Shown: positions 1-11,400 of the stretch, in pieces | How the letters are laid out: every line of letters starts with the position of its first letter | Numbering within the stretch: position 1 is the stretch's first letter | NCBI GenBank assembly: GCA_000165425.1 | Contig: CT868043.1 | Location: forward strand, 1 to 64,000 | From: Paramecium tetraurelia | Lineage: Eukaryota | Direction of reading: 5' to 3' | DNA: 64,000 nucleotides | The notes under the pieces: generated by a model | Database searches by the model: none | Seen by the model: only the letters and a program-made list of their open reading frames with translations | What the model was told of the DNA's origin: nothing | Made by a program: the position numbers and the translations under genes

Positions 1-1877
1 TAATATTAAGTAGCAATTGAATGTTACGATGAAGCATTATCTATTAACCCTTAATATTTTAAGGCACTGAATAACAAGGGTAATTTGAAAAATCTTAATT
101 TAGGTATTTCATTAGAAAATTTGAATCAATATGAAGAAGCAATTAAATGTTATAATGAAGCAGTATCTATGAACCCTAAATATTTTCAAGCATGGAATAA
201 TAAAGGTAATTTAAGAAATTTGAATCAATATGAAGAAGCAATTAAATGTTACAATGAAGCAATATCTATTAACCATAAATATTTTGATGCATGGTATAAC
301 AAGGGTAAGTCATTGTTAAATATTAATATATAGGTATTACATTAGACGATTTGAATTAATATAAAGAAGCAATCGAATGTTATGATGAAATAATATCTAT
401 TAACCCGAAATATATTGGTGCATGGAAAGGCAAGGGTAATTGATTGTTAAGTATTAATCTGCAGGTCATACGTTAATAAATTTGAATCAATATGAAGAAG
501 CAATTAAATGTTACAATGAAGCAATATCTATTAATCCTAAACATAATGGAGCTTGGTATAATAAGGGTAAATAATTGTTAAATAGTATTATGTAGGTATT
601 GCATTATAAAATTTGAATCAATATGAAGAAGCAATTAAATGTTACAATGAAGCAATATCTATTAACCCTAATTAGGAAGATGTATGGAATTGCAAGGGTA
701 ATTGATTGTTAAATATTAATCTATAGGTAATACATTAAGAAATTTGAATCAATATGAAGAAGCAATTAAATGTTACAATTAAGCAATATCTATTAACCCT
801 AAATATTTTGATGCATGGTATAACAAGGGTAAGTAATTGTTAAATATTAATATATATAGGTATTACATTAGACAATTTGAATTATTATGAAGAAGCAATC
901 GAATGTTATGATGAAATAATATCTATTAACCCGAAATATATTTATGCATGGAATGGCAAGGGTAATTGATTTTTAAGTATTAATCTATAGGTAATACATT
1001 AAGAAATTTGAATCAATATGAAGAAGCAATTAAATGTTACAATGAAGCAATATCTATTAACCCTAATTAGGAAGATGTATGGAATTGCAAGGGTAATTTA
1101 TTGTTAAATATTAATCTATAGGTAATACATTAAGAAATTTGAATCAATATGAAGAAGCAATTAAATGTTACAATGAAGCAATATCTATTAACCATAAATA
1201 TTTTGATGCATGGTATAACAAGGGTAAGTCATTGTTAAATATTAATATATAGGTATTACATTAGACGATTTGAATTAATATAAAGAAGCAATCGAATGTT
1301 ATGATGAAATAATATCTATTAACCCGAAATATATTTATGCATGGAATGGCAAGGGTAATTGATTTTTAAGTATTAATCTATAGGTAATACATTAAGAAAT
1401 TTGAATCAATATGAAGAAGCAATTAAATGTTACAATTAAGCAATATCTATTAACCCTAAATATTTTGATGCATGGTATAACAAGGGTAAGTCATTGTTAA
1501 ATATTAATATATAGGTGCTACATTAGACAATTTGAATTAATATGAAGAAGCAATCGAATGTTATGATGAAATAATATCTATTAACCAGAAATTTATTCAT
1601 GCATGGAATGGCAAGGGTATTTTATTGTTAAATATTAATCTATAGGTAATACATTAAGAAAATTGAATCAATATGAAGAAGCAATTAAATGTTACAATGA
1701 AGCAATATCTATTAACCATAAATATTTTGATGCATGGAATAATAAGGGTAAATAATTGTTAAATTTTAATATATAGGTATTTCATTATAAAATTTGAATC
1801 AATATGAAGAAGCAATTAAATGTTACAATGAAGCAATATCTATTAAACCCTAAATGTGTTCAAGCATGGAATAACAA
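1..1877 (+). repeat. Tandem array of ~130-bp exon+intron units (102 bp coding plus intron)
   Basis: The string 'aatttgaatcaatatgaagaagcaattaaatgttacaatgaagcaatatctattaacc' or its IECYDEII variant recurs about every 130 bp. Confidence 0.95.
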
Positions 1878-2335
1878 NNNNNNNNNNNNNNNNNNNNNNN
1901 NNNNNNNNNNNNNNNNNNNNNNNNNNNNNNNNNNNNNNNNNNNNNNNNNNNNNNNNNNNNNNNNNNNNNNNNNNNNNNNNNNNNNNNNNNNNNNNNNNNN
2001 NNNNNNNNNNNNNNNNNNNNNNNNNNNGTAATTTCTATTAATCCAAAAAATGATTTTGCATAAGATAAAAGAGGTAAATATATTATTTATTCAGGTTAAC
2101 TTCTACAAAAATTATAGAAAGATATGGATGCACTTTCAAGTTTTGAGCAAGCCCTTAAAATACAAATTAGCGCTCCAAGATTTAAATGTAAAGGTAAATT
2201 GATATCTACACTTTTTTAGCAGATTCATTATTTGAATTACGAAGAAAATCAGAAGCTAAATACTTTTATATAGCTGCATAGGAAATGGGTTTAGGTCAGG
2301 ATGTTTACATAAAAAGTTAATTATCAAAGTTATGA
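1..2335 (+). CDS. TPR-repeat protein (5' end outside the window, spans an assembly gap); at least 14 near-identical TPR units
   Basis: Repeats of type LRNLNQYEEAIKCYNEAISINPKYFDAWYNKG, each split in the Gly codon by a ~27-31 nt GT..AG intron (e.g. 305-333). Ends ...KSQLSKL-TGA at 2333-2335. Confidence 0.9.
1878..2027. other. Assembly gap (150 N)
   Basis: Run of N inside the TPR array. Confidence 1.
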
Positions 2336-3249
2336 AGTATTGGTATATTCGATTATTTTATATTTTTTAAATGTAATAAATTACTTTGTATGTGAATATT
2401 TTGTAAAATCAAAATATGATTCGGCTAATGAATGGTGATCATTTTGACTTGACAATTAAAAATTATTGTAGCTGTTGTATAGTAAAACTTGAACAACATT
2501 AAATAATATTACAATTTCAAAATTTTAGAAGCTAGTTTTGAATTTTGTTTTATTTGAATGTTATTTATTATATAAAAAATAGAATTTGAGATTCAGCATT
2601 TGGATTACACATATCAAAAATAGTTAAATTACGTTTTGCATTTTCCACAGAACAAACACTTTGATAAATACAAAATAATAATTTTAGCTTTAAAGGTAGC
2701 AAATAAAAAATTTAAAGTAAGATTTAATTAGACATTCAATCTTCAATAGATGAGTAGCTAAATTTCATCTCAGCAGAATTCAAATACAAACATTTTAGTC
2801 ATTCAACTTTAAATTTGAAGTCTAATATTTTTTTTAATAGGGTTGAAAATTAATTCGGCATATATATATAAAGAAGGCAAATTATGTTAATCAGTGATTT
2901 TAATTCAAATAAAATAGATTTGAGTAGTTTAACATTAAATTGAAGTAAAGAGTTCCTTAGTATTTTTCTTGTTTTTGAAAATTTAGGTAACCATCAAAAA
3001 CGCATTTAAGATCAATAATAATGGTGGTAACCGAATAAATTCAGCAGTTTGAATTCTATTGAAATCAGTCATCGAATTTTAATTTTATTGTCTATTATTT
3101 TTTTTATCAGGTTGAAAATTGAAATATGTGTTAATATTTACCTAATTATAAATTGAAGACAACTTATATGATATATACACTTGTAATTTGTAAAAAGCCA
3201 TCACATTCTCGTTTGTAATGCAGATTCGATTAGAGCTAAAGCTTTACAT

Positions 3250-3700
3250 AAATTTAGAATGAATACCATTGAATTATAGATGGTGTATCAATATTTACAA
3301 CGATTATTGAGAGAGTTAATTTTATACGCAAGCTAGCTTTAGAATTGTTAAATTTACAAATTTAATTTAATATTATATATTTGAAATAATTTCACTCAAG
3401 TAGTAATTTTAGAATTGCTACATTTACAACATTAATTTGATATTCTTAATTAAAAATAATTGTCCTCAAATATGTAGAATGCTATTATTAACAGTCTAAT
3501 AATCGCGAAAAAGTTTATCATTAAATAAGAATAGGGATATGTTCCTCGACCTGCAATTTTAGAATTGTAATATTAAATGGTGAGAAAAGATTTTTCTCAA
3601 ACTGTAGTTTTAGAATTACAATATTAATAATATTAGATTAATGAGAGTTTGTTCTTATTGTCAAAGAAATGCAATATTATCAATATAGGAATAGAGAGAA
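3250..3700 (+). pseudogene. Decayed pentapeptide-repeat-like coding relic
   Basis: Recurrent 'tttagaattg/tttagaatta' motifs translate to CSFQNYNINNI-like pieces in shifting frames, with no continuous ORF. Confidence 0.3.
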
Positions 3701-4364
3701 AATTTTTTTAACACCATATTAATCAATCAGGCATTCTAATCAGATAATAGCTACAAAGATCTGCTAGTCCAGTTTAAAATACAACTTCAGAATAGTTCCT
3801 TATTGCCAAATGGTATTTGTTATTAATTTTTATTTTGTTAATCTTCAGGAACACTTATCTTATAAGGGCAATTCATAAATCATTAAGGGATTGATTTAAA
3901 ACCTTTATTAAAATCAAAAGGAAGTTGCTTTTTAGAAGACTTAAAGCAGAAGTGAAATTGAAATATTCATTAAGAACATTACAATTAAAATTTTATAAGT
4001 TTTACTTTGTTTTAATGTTGAACTTCATTTCTTAATTTAAATAATTTCAATATTTTCCAAAAGTATTCCATTTCAAGCAAATGATTACACCATTTTATTT
4101 TAGTATTATTATACTTTATAGTTCACCATTTTAAGCATTAATGTATTATTTTTAATTGAGTTCATAAAACTAGTTCAACCTTAAAATTAATAACATTCAT
4201 TATGAAATTAAGAAATTGACTTGAATTATTATTGTTATATTCATTACAATATAGCATAAAATAAGGAAATTTGTGATGTCTCTCTCGATGAAGTAAATGA
4301 ATGTGTATTTAGGTTTTTATTTAATGTTATCATTTAGAAATAATTTCCTTCAACTTTCAATTAT

Positions 4365-4595
4365 TCCTCCTCTACTTCCTACTTTTCTCATTTTCTTTCT
4401 ATTCTTCCTTTTTACCTCCAGTGGCATAGGGGGTTTGGCTACCCTGCTGAGGAGGGCGGGTGGGTGAGGTGAAAGAAGGTAGAAAAATGATTCTATTTTA
4501 CATAGAAAGCAGGGGTATATAGGGGGGCCTACGCCCCTTGGCTTCGCCCCAAATGTGCAAAAAATTTTTGACTGTTGCTATTTTTTTTTTTGCTA
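4365..4595. other. GC-rich non-coding island with serial hairpins and G-tracts (candidate structured RNA)
   Basis: Pyrimidine tract 4388-4420 is complementary to purine tract 4461-4490. Further hairpins: GGGGC-CTAC-GCCCC (4524-4537) and GGC-TTC-GCC (4540-4548). A T-run follows at about 4581-4591. Confidence 0.5.
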
Positions 4596-4850
4596 TTCAT
4601 GATTGATAATGTAAAATTTATTGTTCTACACCTAAACGGAGAGAATAGTCTTAACTACTAGATGCTAATTTAGTATTATATCCTAATATTCTCAAAACCT
4701 TATCCTCTAAAGACGCTTATCATCAAATTTTTTCCAATAATAATTGAGATAAATTTTTCTAAATCATTATTTGACAATTCTGTTGGATTCACTTTTTTTT
4801 TGATGAAATTCATATAGAATTTATCTTCCATCTCAATCAAATACTTCAAA

Positions 4851-5053
4851 AAGGTTTGGTTTTTTACTATCTTAACTTAACCCTCTATCTGTGTTTGGGG
4901 GAGTTACTTCCTATTTAAATTCGCCAACGCCAATTACAATGTCTATGCCTATGCCAACTCCATATCCTTTTTTGCATTTTTTCTAAAGGCCCTAACCATA
5001 GTACTATCGTTTTATAGATGGTTACGTTAAGATAGTAAAAACCAAACCCTTTT
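4851..5053. repeat. ~200-bp element with ~36-bp terminal inverted repeats (MITE/foldback-like)
   Basis: Left arm ggtttggttttttactatcttaacttaaccctctat (4853-4888). Reverse complement of the right arm (5014-5048) is ggtttggtttttactatcttaacgtaaccatctat: 2 mismatches and 1 indel. Confidence 0.8.
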
Positions 5054-5251
5054 ATTTCAACCATAATTGTTTCCACAATTTTACCGACAAACTATTTCAC
5101 AATCTCTTTCACAACAAAAACCACAACCACCACCGCCAAAATCCCACGAGTCTGACTTACTTTCTCCGTTACATTGATGATTTATATGCATCTATTGAAT
5201 GTAATTTGGGGTATATCACTTTAAAAGTAATAGAAATTGAATATAATTATT

Positions 5252-7664
5252 ATGAATTGCTATTATCATATTCATAACCAAGTCACAACCATATGCATAG
5301 CTCCTCATTAGTTTTAATGCTAAAGGAAACTTTGCGCTGAATGCCAAGATGAACATGGTGTGGATGCTCAACACATGGTTTCAATTAAGAAATTTAAACA
5401 AATGGTTAAGCAGAAATTAGGAGATGCTCAGCTTGATTAAAAGTATCAAATAGCAAGCCAAAAAGCGAAATTTAAATCAGTGATTTCTTCAACTCAAAAT
5501 ATGCTGAAATAATTTTGGGAAGAGCTATCGGAAGCAATAAGATGGATATATGAAGAGATTGAGATAGAGGTGAACTCTTTTAATAATATCATAAACGAAG
5601 ATGTGAATCCGACAGAATTGTCAAATACTGAAATAGAACAATTAGTTTAAATGGGTCATAGGAAAAACATTAGATGTTAGGAAAGATTTGAAAAATTCTA
5701 TTCTGTAAAAGTTAGAAAAGATGTTGAATTTTCTAAACAATGAAACTACAACTTTTTCGGAAAGGTTGAATAAGAAAACAATAGAGAAGATACCATAGAT
5801 TAAATAAGTATTTTAATAACAAATGATAATTAAACCGATATCTAAAATAGAATAAGGTTATTAAAGAAAAGAAGATATATATGAGGTATTTGTGTAAACA
5901 AAATAATTTGATGAATAATTCCTTAATCGAATAATTGAAAAGTTTAGGAAAGAGAAAGTCACAGATTGTATAAAATTTCTTTCAGCAAAATGCAATAAGA
6001 AGAATATAAAATAATATAAGATGTAGTTTATAACCGAGCTTATGTAAAATATTAATGAAAATGCCTTTAATGAGAAAAATTATTAATTTTTAGAGGCTAG
6101 AAGGAATTTAATTAAATAAATAGCAAATGATGACAAAATTGTTTAATTTTTAAAGTTCCTTGTTTAACTGACTTCTATTGATGAAAAATTTATTCAATGT
6201 GGATCCAACTCCCTCAATTTATTAATTGAAATGAAAGTTAATATGAAAGAACACAACTTAGAGAAAATAAGGATTAGAGACACTTCTTTAATTGGTGCTA
6301 ATATGGTAAGATGCAATTTGAATGAGTCTACTTTTCAAAATGTAGATATTAGTGGAATGAATCTGAACGGTGCCTAATTGTTCAATTGTAAATGGAAAAA
6401 TATAAAAATAACTGAGTAAAATAAAAAAGATACCAATAATATTACTGTTAATTCGGTCTGCTTCTCTGCTGACGGTACTACATTAGCATCTGGCACTATA
6501 GATCAATATATACGTTTATGGGATGTTAAGACAGGATAATAAAAAGCTTTATTAGATGGGCATTGTGATTCAGTTCTTTCAGTCTGTTTTTCTCCTGATG
6601 GTACTACATTAGCATCTGGCAGTGGAGATAAGTCTATCCGTTTATGGGATTTCAATACAATGTAATAAAAAGCCAAATTAGATTGTTAGGATTATGTGTA
6701 TACAATCTGTTTCTCTCATGATGGCACTACGCTAGCTTCTGGCAGTGGAGACAACTCTATCCGCTTATGGGATGTTAAGACAGAATAATTAAAAGCCAAA
6801 TTAGATGGTCACTAAGAATATGTGTACACAGTCTGTTTCTCTCCTGATGGTACTACATTAGCATCTTGCAGTGGAGATAAGTCTATCCGTTTATGGAATA
6901 TTAAGACAGGTTAATAAAAAGTCAAATTAGATGGCCATTAAGAATATGTGTATTCAGTCTGTTTCTCTCCTGATGGTTCTAAATTAGCATCTGGTAGTGG
7001 AGATAACACAATCAATTTATGGGACTTTTAGACAGGATAATAAAAAGACTAATTAAATGGTCATACTGATTATGTTTATTCAGTCTGTTTCTCTCCTGAT
7101 GGTACTGTATTAGCATCTAGTAGTGGAGATAGCTCTATCTGTTTATGGGATGTTAGAACAAAATAATTAAAAGCTAAATTAGATGGTCACAGTAGTGGAA
7201 TATTGTCAGTCTGTTTTTCTCCTGATGGTACTACGTTAGCATCTGGGGGTTTTGATTGCTCTATCCGTTTATGGGATGTTAAGGAAAGATAATCTGATAC
7301 TAAAAAAGTCTGTTTCTCTCGTGATGGTACTACATTAGCATTTGAAAGTCATGATCAGCCTATGAGTTTTTGGGATGTAAAATCAGGATAACAAATCAGG
7401 CCTTCAGATATCCGCCACAAAGAAATTTCGGCTTATTTTGATTCCTTTGCGATAAAAAATAGCATTCCAACAGAAACTGGTATTATTTTAAGCTATACCT
7501 TTTTAGCCACTTGTATTTAAGTTATTCTTCCAATAACTTCAAAACCTAATTTAGAAGCCAAAGGAGCATTAATTTTATAAGGAGAATTTCTAAATTCTTT
7601 AGGTCATGATTAGCGATAAATATTCAGAGATAAAGGGAGTCATATTTTAGAAGGTTACATTTGA
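5252..7664 (+). CDS. Cys/His N-terminus + helical region + pentapeptide repeats + WD40 repeat protein; contains an apparent +1 frameshift (pseudogene or sequence error)
   Basis: Starts [19 protein letters not shown]...RKLCAEC. Pentapeptide stretch [38 protein letters not shown]. About 8 WD40 units of type [33 protein letters not shown] at 6440-7380. Extra G at 5651-5656; TGA at 7662-7664. Confidence 0.8.
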
Positions 7665-8405
7665 ATAAAATTAACAATAGTATTGAATATTATTGAAAAT
7701 ATTTCAAATAAAAAAAAAAATTTATTCAGTCCTACTCATTTTGTTATGATATTTCAAATTATTTTCCTCTTTATTTAACGAATAATACTATCTTATTTCA
7801 CAATACGATTTTTTAACATAAAAAATATAGGTTAGAAGTAATTTAAATCCAGCTAATTATTTAAAGTACATATATTCAAGATTCAGAGGGAAAGATGACC
7901 AGATTGCATCCATCAACAATCAATATTCCAAATGATGAAGATCAAAGAATACCATCAATTGAAAGGAGCTATATCTGTAAAGAAAATTGTTGGATTCAGA
8001 ATCAATGATAATCAATTACCTATATAATTGAGTGCTCTGTTAAAAAAAGGATACAATATGATTGAATAGATGGAATATACATGAACCAATTAAGATGCTT
8101 TCTCAAAAATTTATATTTTCATATTAACTGGGTGTTCTGTTAGTTATCATGTTTAGGTCTCTGATATTTTATGCATTTCGTTAATTGATTGTTAAATTGA
8201 ATTAATTTAAATAGAGTAGTAATATAGAAATGAAAGTTTTATTTAAATTTACTTTAAATTTACTAATTGACAATTTTTTATAGTAGTTTGAATTGCATTT
8301 CAATCTAAGCTAATGTAATTTATTTTTTTTTTAATTAAAATTGGGAGAAATAATCTCAAAATCAAACTATAATTTAAAAATAAGCATCACATACAGAAAT
8401 ATAAA

Positions 8406-11400
8406 TCATATTTTAAATGATTCTCTTTCACTAGGTTGATTTGAATCCTCAAATCCGGAATCATTTTTTTGAGGTTCAACAAAATAACCATTTGTTTGTC
8501 TATTAATTGATTTGAATTCTATTAATTTGTTATGGATAAAATTAAATGCGCCAGGATACTGAATTTCTAATAGCTGTTTAGTTTCTTCTGAAACTTGAAC
8601 TCTTCCTTTTTCTCCATTAGACTCCATTTTGTTTGAAATCATAACATCTGCTCCATAAACATCATACCTTACTATTTCTGTTCCTAAAATTCCTGCAATA
8701 ACTTTCCCCTAAAATATTTAATATAATTACAGTATGTATTCCTATTCTCATATCTAATCCGTCAAATCCAATGATTTATCTAACATTTCTAATAATTTCA
8801 ATCATCCCAAACCCCAATTCAACAACATTCTTAGCCTCTTATGCAGGATTCCTTTATCTAATATCTATAATTCCAACTGCAACATAGCAATCTCCAATAG
8901 TATAAAGCTTGTATGTGTTCTATGTTAAACATTTTTTATCAAATTCTGTGAATAGATTTCTTAACATATTAACAACTTACTCAGGTTCAACCTTACTAGA
9001 ATACTCTGTAAACCCAGCTATATCAGCGAATAATAATGTTGCTTCTTCTAATTATTCTACTAAGACCTCTCTCTAATTATTTGATAAAAACTGTTTTAGA
9101 ATATGATTTGGTAAAAGATACTTTACTAAGTTTTCTGATTAATTCTTTTTAATTTCAAGAGACCGCTTATTATTAAATGTATTTAGATCTTAATAAAAAA
9201 TATTGTATTAGACAGAGAACATCAGAATACCTTAATATATAGTATAGTATGCAACTGCCCAATCATTAAACTTGACGAGTACTATTATTATTTGAGCAAC
9301 ACAAAAGAATAATAAAAACGCAACTTTATGTTTAATTTGAACAATTGATAAGGAACAAAAGAAACATATTAAAAGTATTCCTTCTGAAGCTTATAATTCG
9401 AACAGTTCCTCACTTTTGAGGAGTACAAATTCCAACAAAATGCTGAACAAAAGAATTATGTAAGTTGCTATAAAATATTAACCTTGATAGAATTTGTGTT
9501 TTAATTTCTTGTTTTATAACAATGCAAGTACCAAAAGTACTATTGTTGCAAATAATCGAGTAGCGATTATCAACAATGGACTCTCTATGATAGATTATTA
9601 TACCAGAATAAAAAGAGTAAGAGTTTTAGCGAGATATTGTAAAAGATGCAAATATATAGTAATAAACACTATATTTCTACCTTCAGCATTTTATTCTATA
9701 AATTCTTTTGCTAATTAATATTGATGGTCCTTAAATCCAAGATATAATTTTTTTTTTTCTAATTGTAAGCATTCACTTATCACATTACTATTGTCATCCT
9801 CTAAGTATCCTTTTATTTTATCGAATTCAATATCATAATCAGGAAAATCATCAATTACATCTATTTAAAGATCTCTTCTTAACTTTTATGAAATTTCTAA
9901 TAAGAGATTTGATTTTTCGAAGTAGGATGCTAATTACTCTTTTTCCAATTGACTCGCTTCTTAATCAGCCTCTAATTAAATATTTTAATTGCTATTAATT
10001 TTAATTTAACCTGCAGTTTGATATTATTAAGGCATAGATCGCATAAGCAAAGTTTATCTTTGATTTGCTTTCCTTTTAAATTATTTAACAGGATCTTGTT
10101 ATTATAGCCTATTCGAAACATCTTAAGAAGAATCCTGCTATGCTGGAATTGATTGTTTAGATGAGTGCTATTACATTATATCATTATTGGTGTTTGTGTT
10201 TTAGATATTATAGGGAACATTATCTTATAGATTAAATTAGATGCTTTCCTGTCTTCTTAGTGAGTTTTGTGCAAAGGATGATGGTTATTTAGCAGAAGAT
10301 GGTATATTTCCTTAAATTGAAGGTTAAGGTGAGAGAATGTGATTATTGGATTCCTCGCTTTTCAGAATAACTCCTCTTTTTTTAATGTTCTTCTTTTCAG
10401 TATTTCTTTTAATTTCCTTGCTAACTTAATATGTTATTAGTTCTCCTTTTCCTTTAGCAGCTACCTTCCTTTAAGTGAATTGCAATTCAGGCATATTAAT
10501 CTCTAGATATGCTTCATTTGAAAGAGTGACTTGTCCATCCTACCCAGTTGAACAAACTCTGCTGGTTGTATTGACAGTATCACCGATCAAAGAAAATTGT
10601 GGTTTATGATGTCCTATTACTCCAGCAATCACTCTACCATAATGTATTCCTATCTTGATTGTCAAATGACCAATCTGTCCATATTTAACTTTTCTTGTAT
10701 GATCCATCATCTCTAAAGATAATTAAACTGCCTATAATATAGTTAGAAATCTTACTCTTTTAACACAATTTTAGTTATAAAACTTTGTTCCTTAGTCGAC
10801 TGCCTTAAGACCTCCTGCTGCCATGTATGTTTTACCTACAGTTTCTACTTTTTGCATTCCATTTTATGCACACAACTGATCGAATGATCTAAACAATCCA
10901 TCTAAAATCTTCACAATATTTTCCTTTTCAACTGTTATCAAATCATCAAATCCACAAATATCACAAAATAGAATTGATACATTTCCTTAATTCTCACTTA
11001 TCTCGAACATACCCTCTAAATAATATCAATAATATTTATATACTTGCATTAATCCTATCCCTTATAAATTTTGGTAACAAAATTGATAAAACATTTGTCA
11101 TTTTTGATGTTTCTTGGTTTAAAGTCACATCAAGCATAAAATCCTCCCTTTCTAATCTTATCAATTTATATTGCAAAGCCATAAATAAGATACTAGTTGC
11201 TATAACAACTACTTCTCCATTGATTAAGGAATAGTAAGTAATCTATACTTAGGAAAATTCCATTATTGAATATTTTTTAATGAATCCGATTACTGACAAT
11301 ATTCCAAGGATAAAATTGATTATCGGTAAGTGGATCCTTGAAAATAACAAAACTACTATGTAAGTTTAAGTGAGTAATAATTCATAAATTCCTTCCTGTT

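Noticed and set aside
1..1877. Regularly spaced repeats resembling a CRISPR array
   Set aside because: The repeats are TPR-coding exons, the apparent spacers are similar GT-AG introns, the context is eukaryotic, and there are no cas genes.
1840..1877. Frameshift in the last TPR before the gap (attaaaccc instead of attaaccc)
   Set aside because: One extra A about 30 bp from an assembly gap is most likely low-quality contig-end sequence.
4851..5150. Telomere-like words (ggtttgg, tttggggg, ccaaaccc) suggesting an internal telomere or telomerase RNA
   Set aside because: No tandem hexamer run is present, and no template with the conserved upstream UGUCA context was found.
7870..8160. Possible small gene between the WD40 and GC genes
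   Set aside because: All frames are interrupted by TGA and no motif was recognised.
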